Positions 39,005 through 52,199 of a stretch of 64,000 nt of DNA are shown one piece after another. Within the stretch, counting starts at the first letter, position 1. Every line of letters begins with the position of its first letter. The translations under genes were made by a program, and so were the position numbers. Origin of the DNA: Mobula hypostoma (lineage: Eukaryota); contig NC_086108.1 of assembly GCF_963921235.1 (NCBI RefSeq), forward strand, positions 100,008,001-100,072,000. Reading direction: 5' to 3'. The notes under the pieces were generated by a model, which searched no databases, was not told the origin of the DNA, and worked only from the letters and a program-made list of their open reading frames with translations.

Positions 39005-39686
39005 AATCTCCCCCATTTCACGTACATCTGCTCTCACTCCATCCTCCCACCACCCCACTAGGAATGGGGTTCCCCTGGTCCTCACCTACCACCCCACCAG
39101 CCTCCGGGTCCAACATATTATTCTCCGTAACTTCCGCCACCTCCAACGGGATCCCACCACTAAGCACATCTTTCCCTCCCCCCCTCTCTCTGCATTCCGC
39201 AGGGATCGCTCCCTACAAAACTCCCTTGTCCATTCGTTCCCCCCATCCCTCCCCACTGATCTCCCTCCTGGCACTTATCCGTGTAAGCGGAACAAGTGCT
39301 ACACATGCCCTTACACTTCCTCCCTTACCACCATTCAGGGCCCCAAACAGTCCTTCCAGGTGAGGCATCACTTCACCTGTGAGTCGACTGGGGTGATATA
39401 CTGCGTCCGGTGCTCCCGATGTGGCCTTTTATATATTGGTGAGACCCGACGCAGACTGGGAGACCGCTTTGCTGAACATCTACGCTCTGTCCGCCAGAGA
39501 AAGCAGGATCTCCCAGTGGCCACACATTTTAATTCCACATCCCATTCCCATTCTGACATGTCTGTCCACGGCCTCCTCTACTGTGGAGATGAAGCCACAC
39601 TCAGGTTGGAGGAACAACACCTTATATTCTGTCTGGGTAGCCTCCAACCTGATGGCATGAACATCGACTTCTCTAACTTCCGCTAA
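39005..39686 (+). CDS. Penelope ORF C-terminus: GIY-YIG endonuclease (5'-truncated, uninterrupted)
   Basis: PCKRNKCYTC...TCESTGVIYCVRCSRCGLLYIGETRRRLGDRFAEHLRSV...PVATHFNS...LRLEEQHLIFCLGSLQPDGMN. Confidence 0.9.
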
Positions 39687-39982
39687 GGCCCCACGTCCCC
39701 CTTGTACCCCATCTGTTACTCATTTTTATGCACACATTCTTTCTCTCACTCTCCTTTTTCTCCCTCTGTCCCTCTGAATATACCTCTTGCCCATCCTCTG
39801 GGTCACCCCCCCACCTTGTCTTTCTTCCCGGACCTCCTGTCCCATGATCCTCTCGTATCCCCTTTTGCCTATCACCTGTCCAGCTCTCGGCTCTATCTCT
39901 CCCCCTCCTGTCTTCTCCTATCATTTTGGATCTCCCCCTCCCCCTCCAACTTTCAAATCTCTTACTCACTTTTCCTTCAGTT

Positions 39983-40018
39983 AGTCCTGACGAAGGGTCT
40001 CGGCCTGAAACGTCGACT
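39983..40018 (+). ncRNA. Minimal type I hammerhead ribozyme motif
   Basis: agtc-CTGACGA-agggtctcggcct-GAAAC-GTC-gact; predicted cleavage after 40014. Confidence 0.82.
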
Positions 40019-40799
40019 GCACCTCTTCCTATAGATGCTGCTTGGCCTGCTGCGTTCACCAGCAACTTTGATGTATGTTGCTTTAATAAAAAGTGAGGTA
40101 GTGTTCATGGGTTCAATGTCCATTTCGGAATCGAATGGCAGAGGGGAAGAAGCTGTTCCTAAGTCACTGAGTGTGTACCTTCAGGCTTCTGTACCTCCTA
40201 CCTGAGGGTAACAATGAGAAGAGGCAGAAATATTTTATTCTTTGGAACATATTTTGGTTGAGAATGGAACTGTGTACTTTTTTTGTTTTTCCATTCACAT
40301 TCCCGAGACTGGAATAATGTCGACTGTGGTTAACATTAGGAGATAAATTATTAGGGCTTTCCTCCCATCCACGTGGACAGTAGGAAGAAGACTGGAGGTG
40401 GAAACATGTTCCCATGCTCTGGAACCATTTCAAGTCCAGATGAAAGAAGCATGCTTTCCGGTCGGAGTGTTTCCAGCCTCTTGCTGTCTCCCAAGTATCT
40501 CAGCCCTTTGACTTCTGAAAGTGTGTGCTGGTTATACAGGGCTCTGTGTGTGACAAGAATGATTATAAACCACCAAGGCCGTTCAGGCATTTGGTGGGAT
40601 GTCTTATGATTTTTAGGGAGGGGAAGAAAATATTTATGAACAAGCCTTTGCTTCCTATGTGTAGTTGTTAAATTTGTTTTGTGCTGAGTTTTAAATTTGG
40701 TGATTTACAGTGAATCTGTGACTCTGAGATATTTTGTTAATCTGGAACATAGACTATAGAACACAGTGCAGGCCTTTGGCCCGCGATGCTGTGCCGACT

Positions 40800-41190
40800 T
40801 TATTCTCTGGAGCACAGGAGAATGAGGGGAGATTTGATAGAGGTACAGTGTACAGAATTATGAGGGGTATAAATAGGGTTAACACAAGCAGGCATTTTGC
40901 ACTGCAGTTGAGTGAGACTAGTACTAGAGGCCACAGGTTAAGGTGAAAGGTGAAATACTTCAAGGGGAACCTGTGGAGGAACTTATTCAATCAGAGGGTG
41001 GTGCAAGTGTGGAAGCAAGCTGCCAAGAGAAACTGCTGGAAATGGATTCAATTGTAACATTTTAAGAGAGTTTGGATAAGTACATGGATGTGAAGGGTAT
41101 GGAGGGCTATGGTCTAGGAGCAGGTCAACGGGACTAGACTTGAGGGGCCAAAGGGCCCGTTTCTGTGCTTTAGTACTCTATGACTCTGCC
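40800..41190 (+). mobile_element. CR1 3' fragment
   Basis: YRIMRGINRVN...TRGHRLR; ctctatgactct tail. Confidence 0.8.
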
Positions 41191-43924
41191 CCATGGACAC
41201 TGGTGTGCAACCTCAGAAACTCCCTTAATGTAGTTTTCATTTCAAGGACATGGAGACAGCTGAGGTTTCTCCTGACCTGCTAACATGTAAACTAGTTAAG
41301 CCCGTTTTGCGGACCATCTTGTTGGCAACTACTGAGTCAGTCTGGATGAGGACGGTATGCCAGAAAGTAAACGAGCTGCCGGTGAACCGTGAGAAGGGAA
41401 TAGCATCACTGGAGAATTCTGTCCTCAAGAACTTGCTTAACGTGAAGTAATCACACTGGATCAGTCAAAGGCTCAGGTCAACAACACTAACCAATCACAA
41501 GACAGAAAAGAAGTGGGAAGTTCTACCATGTAAGAAAGCTCATTGGCCTCAGGACTAACTCAGTTTAAGTTGAGGACCATAACAGTGCAGGGCATATCTC
41601 AGATGTCATAACACCTCGAACAATAGATCTCACCAGGGACTGAGTAACTCCTGCTTTGTCTGTATGGCTGGCTAATAGGCTATCTAATACCTTATTTTCT
41701 GGCAGATGTTGCTTTAGAAGGATAGTAATCTGCATGGGAAATCTTTTCATCCCTGTTTCCCTGAGAATAGTTTGAACGCCTTTTGTTTTTTTTTCATTTT
41801 GAAGTCCCCTATAGTATAACATTAAGAGAATATTTCCCCCTAGACACAAAGGAATCTCAAGTGGTCTCAGAAGTCACAGGGGTTTGGTAGTTTGTTCTGC
41901 TGATTCAGAACTGTATTAGTGAAGTACAATTGATTTATTTTCAATATCTCCTAGAAGATATTTCAGGGGTATCCAACCCCCAAAACAGAAAGGTTTGGTA
42001 ACTATTCTCCTCAGTTCTCAAAGGGGATTCGATGGGATTTTTTTTGCTCATAGAGGGTAGTTTATATTTGAAATGTACTGCCAGAGTAGTTGGTGGAATC
42101 TGATACAATCACTAAGTTTAAGAGATATTTAGACAGGCACTTAAATAGTAAAAGGCATAGAAGGATATGGACCTAATGTGAGTAAATGAGATTAATGTAG
42201 ATGGGCAAAGGGGCCAGTATAGATGTGGTGGGCTGAAAAGCCCATTTCTGAGCTATAGAACTCTATGGCTTATTCCATTGCTGCTTCCTTTAATAGGCTG
42301 CATCCTGGAAAATGTCTCTTCAGCAATTCAGACAGACACAATATCAAATGATATGTTTCTTCCTTCATGTGCTTTGCCAACACTTTGCTACACCGCCATT
42401 TTAGTCAAACGGGTTTTCCAATGGTGAGTTATTTACACTGTGAAGGAACTGCTATGAGATTCCTACAATGGTAGGATTACTACATTGACCTTTGGATTCA
42501 GTCAACACTTACTACTAGAAGCAGTCTAATTTACAACTCCATATCTCTTGATGATGTAATTGAGAAGAAGATCCAAATGTAGGAAATGTAAATTTTTTGT
42601 CCATCCACCAAAAGGAATACTTAGAAAATCAATGTGATGTGAGGCAGAGGAAAGGGAAGTGAGTGTGTTGAAATAGTCAAATTTTGGGATCATCTGGCAG
42701 AATGGTGGATATATTGACAGCAGTATCTTGTCAAGAGGTCCTCAAGGCTCTTCAACCTCCAAATTCCACCATAAAGAACAAGAGTAATCAGTGCAAAGGA
42801 ACATTTTCATCTTCCCATCCAAGTCATTCATCAAATGGATTTGCACATATGCCTTTGTTTCTTCATTAACACTAAATGAAAATCATGTATTTCTTTATGC
42901 ATAACATGGACTATCTGCCAACTTACCCTGATGGCATCTACTGCCATGGCCCCTACACCAAGACCAATGGAGATGGACATGTGGAGATGCCAAGATTGGA
43001 TATTCAGAAGATGAATTCTAATATGTTCCAGCCTCCAGAATTGTGCATGTTTCTAGCATTACATAATGTAATAAAACGACTGCAAATCATTATACAGCAC
43101 TACAGTAAACATGCTTCAGTATTGAAAAGGAAACAGAGAGCTACAAAAAGATTGATTGTAAGTGTGAAGCGAGTGAGCTGCTGGATCACAAAAGCTCATG
43201 CTGAACATGAAGACTTGAAGGATGAAAATTAAGAAGGTACTTCATCAAAGCAAATAAAATATTAAAGCTGCAGAATATTACTTATGATTGTACAACCGGA
43301 ACATAAATTCAGATTAGTGATAAGTACCTCCATGTCTTTATTCAAGGTGACAAATTTTTGTTCTAATCTGTGGGGTTGGGATGGAGCAGACAGGTACATA
43401 AGGAGCACTGATAAAAGGGAGAGGCATGATGGAAAGAAGACTAAATTTAATGAGAAGAGTGGCTTTAGTTCGTTTTTAAATATTATGATTTTTCAATGCA
43501 TCGAACTATGAGGAGCATGAATCAATATTATAATTCAATACCAGTCTGATTCAAAACATTTACAAGAAAATCAAACAATATAGGAAAAGAACTTACCCTT
43601 TACTGTATTCTAGATTCTCCGGAGATTGCTGTTCTAGTTCTGTATGCGTCTAGATGAGCTGGTGGACAAGTCATGAGACTAGGCTGAGAGATTTCCGAAC
43701 TCCCTGCAACTGCCCAGGTCTTATTACGCATGAAATGGAGTAATGTTATACTGTTTACTTTCTAACCTATGTCATGAAGGCACCTCATGCTAAATGTCAA
43801 TCTTCCGGAATATATTTTATTATTTGTTAATTGACTTGTGATAATATTACTTCATGCATTGTGTGTGAGTAATATGTACTGTGGGTGGATGTTTGGGCAA
43901 GGTAGGATATAATATTCTATATTT

Positions 43925-45320
43925 CAGGTTGTTGTCTGTTCAACCAGAGTCGCTGGCTGAATCAAAGGTGGTGACAAATCAGCATATAGAAGGGAGATTG
44001 AAAATTTGGCTGAATGATGCCACAACAACAACCTCTTATTCAATGTCAGCAAGACCAAGGAACTGGTTATTAATTTCAAGAGCAGGAAACCAGAGGTCCA
44101 TGAGTCAGTCGTCATTAGGGATCAGAGAGTGAGCAACTTTAAATTCCTTGGTGTTATCATTTCAGAGGATTTGCTCTGGGCCCAGCACATAAGTGGCATC
44201 ATGAAGAAAACACTGCAGTGCCTCTACTTCCTGAGAAGGTTGCAAAGATTTGGAATGACTTTGGAAATCTTCTATAGATATGTGGTGGAGAGTATATTGA
44301 CTGGTTGCATCACAGCCTGGTCTAGAAACGCCAGTGCTCTTGAATGGAAAATCCTTTGAAAAGTAATGGATACAGCTCAGTCCACCATAGGTAAAGCACT
44401 GCCCACCATTAAACATCTACACAGAGTACTGATATAGGAAAGCAGCATCCATCATCAAAGCCACCCACCATCCAGGTCATGCTCTCTTCTCACTACTGCC
44501 ATGAGGAAGAAGGTACAGGAGTCTTAGGACTTGCACCATCAGTTTTAGGAACAGTTATTACCCCTCAACCATCAGACTCTTGAACCAGTGGAGATGACTT
44601 CACTCACCCCAATACTAAACCTATGTTCCCACATTCAAGAACTCTTCATCTCATGTCCTCAATATTTACTGTTTATTTATTTATCAGATTTGTTTGTATT
44701 GGCACAATTTGTTGTTTTCCTTTTGCACTTTGGTTGTTTGTCCAAGATAAGGCCTTCAGAATGTTTGTCCATCAGAGTGAAGGAGCAGCACCTGATATTC
44801 CATCTAGGTGCCCTCCAACTTGATGGCATGAATATTGATTTCTCCTTCCAGTGAACAATTTCCGCCCCTCCCTTCCTCTGCTCCCACACTCCTTCTTCTC
44901 ACCTGCCCATCACCTCCCCGGTTCCCCTCCTTCTTCCCTTTTTCCTATCGTCTATACTCCTCTCCTAACAGATTCTTTCTTCTCCAACCCTTGACCTTTT
45001 TCACCCAGCTGGCTTCACCTATCACCTTCCAACTAGCCTCTTTCCCCTCCTCCCCACCTTTTTATTCTGGCGTCTTCCCCCTTCCTTCTCAGTCCTGCCT
45101 GAAACATCAACTGTTTACTCTTTTCCATAGATGCTGCCTGACCTGCTGAGTTCCTCCAGCATTCAGTGTGTGTTGCTTTGGTTGTTTGTCCATCCTGTTG
45201 GGTACAGTGTTTCATTGATTCCATTGTGTTTCTTAGTTTTGCCTGCAAGAATATGAATCCCAGGTTGGTATATAGAGATATGCATGTACAGCGATAATAA
45301 ATTTACTTTGTACTTTGTAT
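43925..45320 (+). mobile_element. Rex1/Babar-like LINE 3' fragment with nested Penelope remnant (~44745-45180)
   Basis: FKFLGVIISEDLLWAQHI...LYFLRRLQRFGM...VESILTGCITAW; EQHLIFHLGALQLDGMNIDFS. Confidence 0.85.
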
Positions 45321-46487
45321 AAATTTTAATGAAAAACAAGCAGTTGATACACCAAGCATCTGATCTGAATCACAACAGACTGACCAGGCTGGGAGCTGAA
45401 AACCTACCCTACTCATCATTGTTAATATATTCTAGGATCATTAATATAGCTGCTGGGCAAAGCTGTATCCAGCGGTAAAGCAAAGGAATTTATAGAACAT
45501 CTTCGACAACCTTAGGACAACTCAAAGTGCCTCACAGTGAAGAAAGTGCATCACGGAGATGTGGTCGGTGTTGTACAGCACTGGAGCAGGCCCCAAGGTC
45601 AAGAGATCCTGCAGATGGTGGAAATCCAAAGCAACACGCACAAACTACTGAAGGAACTCAGCAGGTCAGGCAGCATCTACAGTCAACATTTCAGGCTGAG
45701 ACCTTTCATCAGGACTGGTAAGGAGGAAGGAAGAATCTAGAAGCAGGGTCCTCGGCCCACACAGCCTACCGTAAGCTGTACACTGTTCATTGATTTTGCC
45801 TGTGGGCTAAAATGGCAGCCAGAACACTAGTACAACTCCTCTGCTCTTTTTGAAAATACAGGCTATGTCTCACTTGAAAGTCAGCACCTCCTGCCATACA
45901 GTATTCCCCTCGATGTTGCCTTTAACTTTTGGACTCAGGTTTCTGAAGTAGGATGTTACCAGGAAGAGAGAGTGAGACCCACTAAGCTCTGGCCAGCCGG
46001 TTTAAGTGTTTATTCTTGTCACTTTCTATTAACTCCTATTCAGAAATTAGTCATTTTCAGAATTTGCTTTGGCGCTGTATTTGATTTGTTTTGACTTGCT
46101 CTGTTGAGGGACTCATACGGGAGGTTGGCTCATGCTTTCTCAAGACTTTTTTTTTGTTTTCATCTACAGTTTTGTCTTTGGCCATTTGCCACCACTTTAC
46201 AAAAGACATTGAGGGTGACCAGGGAATATCAGTAGCACATTGTAAAAGAGATTTGAAAGAAAGCTACTTAAAACCCACTCTACAGAAGGAAACTCGTGAG
46301 ATTTGAAAATTGCCCATTCTTGCAAAAAAATAAACAAAGTTTTCAGCAAGAAGAAAGATTCATTTTTTATCTGAATAGCAAAATAAACTAGCTGAATGTT
46401 TTAGAAAAATAGAAGGGTAAACTGGAAGGTTGTGACATGACTCCTCGCAATCTTTCTGATATACTTAAAGTGAATTATTTGCTCTGC

Positions 46488-46800
46488 AACACAGTAGTGT
46501 AGGGGTTAGCGCAACGCTGTACAGCACCAATCAGTGTTCAATTCCCATCGCTGTCTGGAAGGTATTTATACTTTCTTCATGTAACTATGTAGGTTTCCTC
46601 CAGGTGCTCCAGTTTCCTCCCACGTTACGAACATGTGCACTTACAGTTAGGGCTAGTGAGTTATGGACTAGATACACCCGGACGCGCAGAGGTACTTGGG
46701 TGCCTTCCCCAGCACAATCTTCGGACTATAGGTCATTAACACAAAGAGACACATTTCACTGTGTACTTTGAGGTACAGGTGCCAAATAAAGCTAATCTTT
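46488..46800 (+). mobile_element. V-domain SINE
   Basis: gttcaattccc B box; ggtttcctccaggtgctccagtttcctcccac; aaataaagctaatc tail. Confidence 0.75.
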
Positions 46801-46894
46801 ATATTCTTCATCTTTGTACAATTATTTTGTTATAAACTGCTATCACGGTCAAACGCAGAACTGTATTCAGAATATTGGATTAAACCAACTGTTA

Positions 46895-47375
46895 TAGAGT
46901 TATAGAGCACTACAGTATAAAAACATGTTTGTCAGCCATTCTTCTTTGTGCCAAACTGCTATTCTGCCTAGTTCTACCAACCTGCACTTGGACCATAGTT
47001 TTCCATATACCCCTCCTATCCATGCACTTATCCAAACTTCTCTTAAGTACTGAGATTGAACCCATATCTACCATTTCTACAAGCATCTCATTCTACACTC
47101 TCAACACCATCTGAGTGAAAAAGTTCCCGCTCAGGTTCCTTCAGTTCAGCTTTCACCCTTGACCTATCACCTCTAGTTCTAGTCTCACCCAACCTCAGTG
47201 GAAAAAGCCTGCTTGTGTTTACTGTGTCCATACCCCTCCATCAACTTTCCCTCATTCTCCTACACTCCAAGGAATAAAGTTCTAACCTTTACACAGATTC
47301 TCAAATCCCAGCAATATCCTTGCAAAGTTCTCTGTACTCTTTCAATTTTATTCATATTGTTCCTGTAGGTAGATG
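46895..47375 (-). mobile_element. CR1 3' fragment
   Basis: Antisense of CR1 tail (ccatgcacttatccaaacttctc, ggaaaaagcctgc). Confidence 0.75.
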
Positions 47376-48069
47376 AAAGACTGTGTTTAAGTGTGTGTCA
47401 AAGCTTAAACAGGAGAGATGCTACCTGATGTCTAGCTTTCATTTCATTCCAAATTACTGAAACTACCTCTAATTTGTCTATGATCTCATGTTCCCCTCAG
47501 CTTCAGAGCTTTTGCGTCAAAAAAGGTTTGCTTGACTTTCATCCTCTGCTGAAAATTTTTTTTAAAACATATTTACATTCCTACCATGGATACCCTAGTT
47601 TGTTGGCAGAGTCTTGGACCTCTCAATAGTTGCCTTCACCTGCTGGGCTATAAAGATAGTAATGTATTGAAAATGAATTATGGCTGAAGCCTATTCATGT
47701 AAATGCATGCATACCAATCCTTTGAAATCTTGTTATTTGTTTAATATTTTCTGACATACCGAATGTTGGCTTTCATAAAACTGCTCTTGTAACTTCTGAC
47801 ACATTTTCGCAAGTTGTCAACCTAGTTTGCAAAATGATTTTTTCTGTTGAGTCTATATACTATTCTCAAATTACATATCTGAGAATGAGTTTAACCTAAG
47901 GCTATGTTTTAAATTAACTTCGAAGAACTTGATTCTGCACCTCCTCTTCACCAAACTCACCAAACATCCCGTGAAGGATATGCCCTCTTCAAAAGATATT
48001 TTCCTGATGTGGCTTGGGTGGAATGAAAGAAAGAACACCCATTTGTAGAGCGCTGCTTGATGTCTTGCC

Positions 48070-48395
48070 CTTTTCTTTCTTCCATGGCCTTCTGTCCTCT
48101 CCTATCAGACTTCCCCTTCTCCAGCCCTGTGTCTCTTTCACCAGTCAAGTTCCCAGCTCCTTACTTCATCCGTGGCCCTCCCGGTTTCATCTATCACCTT
48201 GTGTTTCTCTCTTCCCTTCCCCCACCTTTTAAATCTACTCCTCATTTTTTTTCTTCAGTCCTGATGAAGGGTCTCGGCCTGAATCGTCAACTGTACTTAT
48301 TTCCACAGATGCTGCCTGGCCTGCTAAGTTCCTCCAACATTTTGTGTGTGTTGCTTGGATTTCCAGCATCTGCAGATATTATTTTGCTTGTGATT
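48070..48395 (+). mobile_element. Penelope-like pLTR remnant
   Basis: cagtcctgatgaagggtctcggcctgaatcgtcaactg. Confidence 0.75.
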
Positions 48396-48688
48396 AAAGT
48401 ACAGATATGGAATAAAATGTGCATATATATAAATATATAAATACCAGCTTGCATTTACAATATATGTAACATTATAAAGAGAGACTTTTTGACTGGGGTG
48501 TTAGAGGGGGGTGGAGAGAACTTTCTAGAATGGTTGAGCAAATTAACCGCCAGAGAAGAAACCGGGGAAGAAGACATTCTAAAATGCAATTGAATGGAAG
48601 CATTAGTCAGGTTGTGGTGAAGCTTCTAATGGTTTTAGATATTCTACGACAGTGGTTTCCCCAAGTATGACCAGTAAATTGATAAACT

Positions 48689-48995
48689 CATCATCTTTAG
48701 CATCATGTGCTGTGTTGTATGATATGGGTGATCATGGCTTTTCCACGATCATGACCATTCTCGGCAAGTTTTTCTACAGAAGTGGTTTGTCGTTCCCTTC
48801 TCCTGGTGACCTGAGCCATTATCAAAACCCGTCAGAAATTGTCTGCCTGGTGTCAGTGGTCACATAACCTGGACTTACGACATGCACCAGCTGCTCATAC
48901 GACCATTCTCCACCTGCTCCCATGGCAACAGACATCCCTGAACAGGCAGAGGGAAGGAGCACCTTACACCTCCTTTGGTAGAGATGTAGCTCCAT
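48689..48995 (-). mobile_element. Probable RTE-derived non-autonomous element
   Basis: (cat)n tail, gatcatgg, ggcaagtttttctacagaagtggtttg motif. Confidence 0.45.
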
Positions 48996-49042
48996 CCTGA
49001 CACCCAGATAAACTGACATTATTTTGATTAAATAAATAAAGT

Positions 49043-49350
49043 GATCCGTTAGTCTTGCAAGACCATGGATCTGTGCCTGGAAAGTCTTCACTCCCCAGGG
49101 CACAGGCCTGGGCAAGGTTGTATGGAAGACCAGCAGTTGCCCATGCTGCAAGTCTCCCCTCTCCACGACACCAATGTTGTCCAAGGGAAGGGCATTAGGA
49201 CCCATACAGCTTGGCACCAATGTCGTCGCAGAGCAATGTGTGATTAAGTGCTTTGCTCAAGGACACAACACGTCGCCTTGGCTGGGGCTCGAACTCACAA
49301 CCTTCAGGTCGCAAGTCCAATGCCTTAACCACCAGGCCACATGCCCACAC
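49043..49350 (-). mobile_element. tRNA-derived SINE with RTE-related body
   Basis: Reverse complement of 30229-30530. Confidence 0.85.
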
Positions 49351-49399
49351 AATAATATTTTTATTATTGTCACATGTACCAAGGTTTGACAACGTTGGT

Positions 49400-49762
49400 G
49401 ACCATGTCTGAATGTCTCCGTATCTCAGAAAATGCTGGTCTCCAAGGATTTTCATGCAGAACAGCTTAGAGTTCACAGAGAATGGTGCAAGAAACAAAAG
49501 ATATCAAGTGATCAGTAGTTCTGTGGGTGAAAACTCCTGGTTAATTAGAGAGATCAGGGAAGATTGGCCAAACTGGTTCAAGCTGACAGGAAGGGAACAG
49601 TATCTCAATAACCACACGTTACAACAGCGGTGTGCAGAAGAGCATCTCTGAACACACAACTCATCGAACATTGAAATGGATGAGCTACAGCAACAGAAGG
49701 CCACAAACGTACACTTAGTGGCCACCTTATTAGGCACTAAAAATAAAGTGGCTACTGACTGT
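49400..49762 (+). mobile_element. Tc1-like non-autonomous fragment
   Basis: Homology to 56408-56970; end cacttagtggccaccttattagg...aataaagtggctactga. Confidence 0.75.
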
Positions 49763-50249
49763 ATGTTACTGAGCATGAAATAAAACATACATTTTTAGTA
49801 ATAATCCCATTCCTTTAACTTATATTGTCACCACCCTCCATATTTAATGAGTGTTGCCAGAAGATCTGGACTGAATGGCCTGCCGTAACACTTAAAACAA
49901 ACCCACATCATTGCCTGTGGAAAGAAATAGTTGTGGTTTCTGTACGAAGATTTACAGTCCATGTGTGATCTGATTCCGTTTAATAGAAGCATGAGCTCTC
50001 ACTTAGAGATTCTTAAGGTGATGCTCATCACAGGTGCTGGACATGTGATCTAGGGTCCCACTTGTTTTCAAGTGTGTAAGACGCATTAAGGTTGCTGTAC
50101 CAACTATTTAGGTCATGGCAAATCCTGTGCCTCGGGTTCATCCCACATTTCCCTTAATATCTAAAAAGAAAATTATACTTTCCTCAGGCATTAATGATAT
50201 TGGGAGACCTTTTTCTTCTGCGTGTGGATATGTTATATAAAATGAGTTT

Positions 50250-50655
50250 AGAAGAATGGGGGGGGTGGGTCCTTTTGAAACCTATCAAATATTGAAAGGC
50301 CTATATGGATCAGATCTGGAGAGGGTGTTTCCTGTAGTGGAAGAGTCTAGGACCGGAGAGCACAGCCTCAGAATCGAAGGACTCTTCTTTAGAAGAGAGA
50401 TGAGGAGGAACTTCTTTAGCTGGAGGTTGGTGAGTCTGTGGAATTCATTGCTCCAGACAGCTGTAGAGGCTAAGTCAGTGAGTATATCTGAAGCAGAGGT
50501 TGATAGGTTCTTGAATAGTAAAGGTATCAAAGGTTATGTGGAGAAGACAGAGACTGGGTTTGATGGGAATAATAAATCAGCCAGGATGGAATGCAGAGCA
50601 GACTCAATGGGCTGAATGGCCTAATTCGGCTCCTATGTCATATGGTCTTGAGGTC
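50250..50655 (+). mobile_element. CR1 3' fragment
   Basis: ETYQILKGL...EMRRNFFSWRLVSLWNSL. Confidence 0.85.
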
Positions 50656-51484
50656 TAAAATATTCAGCCTTGAAGTGCTATTTCATGCTGATAATGGTTC
50701 CGCATACAACCCAGAAATAAAGTGAATCTCTCCCTGTGTGCAACAACCCACTTCTCAGGAATATGTCATCATGAACGATTGCATTTTTAATAAAACTGTA
50801 ATTAAGAGAAGTCAAGAATAAATGAGTTAAAGTTCTGATTCTGCTCGCGATGCTGGCTTGATCGTGCTGTTCAAACACACACGTGTCCTCTACGAGCAGC
50901 GGTGCAAGCCGAAAACAGAAATGACCAGGTAATGAAGATAGATGCATTCAGTTATCAGTGAGCCATTACAGGGGGCTCGCTAATACATTAAAGAATCACA
51001 GATAGCTTGACGGCACTTGCCACATAGAAACTAATTCATGGACAAGAGTCTACACCGTGCAGTGTGCATTTCAAATGAACTTAGAGCTCTAATTACATGA
51101 TGTTGAAACATCAGGAGGAATCCACATTTTAATCTCTGTTGGAGGAAATGCATAAAGATCTTTCTGAAGGGAGTTCTTGTGTACAAACCAGGTGGGGAGC
51201 AAAACAAAGGGAAAAGCAGCCTTTTGCAGGTTATCTCTGAACTCAATGTTGTGCCAGTTGTAGAGTGATAAGAAACAGAACTAGAACTAAGTTCTACCAA
51301 TGGGTGTAGCATAACAGCCACCCTTTAATTCCAGATTTAACTGTTTTAGAGTCATAGAGTCTTGACGACACATAGAACAGAAACAGGCCCTTTGGCCCAC
51401 CGTGTCCATATATTGTTCCAATTTACCAGCACTTCATCCCTCGACTTCTATGCCTTGTCAAAGTGTTAATACAAAGAGCTAACC

Positions 51485-52020
51485 ATGTGGCAACAACCCA
51501 ACGCATAAAAAGCATGCAGGTTCAATTGTTGTTCGGAGTATACATCAGAATGGGGAAGAATTGTGATCTAAGTGACTTTGACTGAGAAATGATTGTTGGT
51601 GCTGAGGTTCAGTTGTTCTTCAGGCCAAGCAACAGAATAGGGAAGAAATGCCGCCAAAGTGACTTTGACCATGGAAGGATTGTTGGTGCCAGAAGGGGTG
51701 GTTTGAGTATCACAGCAAGTGCTGATCTGCTGGGATTTTCACGCACAATGGTTTCTGGAGTTCACAGAGAATGGTGTGAAAAGCAAAGAACATCCAGTGA
51801 GCGCCAGTCCTGTGGGCAAAAATGGCTTGTTAATAAGAGAGATCACTGAAGAATGGGCAGACTGGTTCAAACTGACAGGAAGACGACAGTGACTCAAATA
51901 ACCATGTGGTATGCAGAAGAGCATCTGTAAATGCACAACAGATTGAACCTTGAAGCAGATGGACTAGAACAGCAGAAGACCTCGAACATACATACAGTGG
52001 CCACTTTATTAGGTGCAGGA
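51485..52020 (+). mobile_element. Tc1-like non-autonomous fragment with internal ~90-bp duplication
   Basis: DFDHGRIVGARRGGLSITASADLLGFSRTMVSGVHREW; ~51517-51603 repeated at ~51606-51690. Confidence 0.8.
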
Positions 52021-52199
52021 CATAATGAGTGTACGTGTTAAATGTTGTTAAAATATCTGCAACCACCACCCACACACGCAGTGCATTCCGATTAATGCAT
52101 TCTGCTTTAAGTTGTCCGAATCCTATAACTATTAAAGGTAAAGGCAGAAACCACAACCAATGATCATTCGGAAAGGCAGAGAAAAATTAGAGATCACCA

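Larger units (their letters stand above)
38660..40083 (+). mobile_element. Young Penelope-like element with inverted pLTR
   Basis: 38690-39005 is the reverse complement of ~39769-40083; 14-bp TSD taataaaaagtgag (38646-38659, 40084-40097); host is a Rex1 tail (38488-40225, -). Confidence 0.93.

Noticed and set aside
42876..43232. 118-aa ORF as a host gene
   Set aside because: No recognisable domain; may overlap a decayed LINE remnant
43596..43702. Possible minus-strand exon ending in AGG-gtaagt
   Set aside because: Stops in all three frames and a weak polypyrimidine tract; only a non-coding exon remains possible
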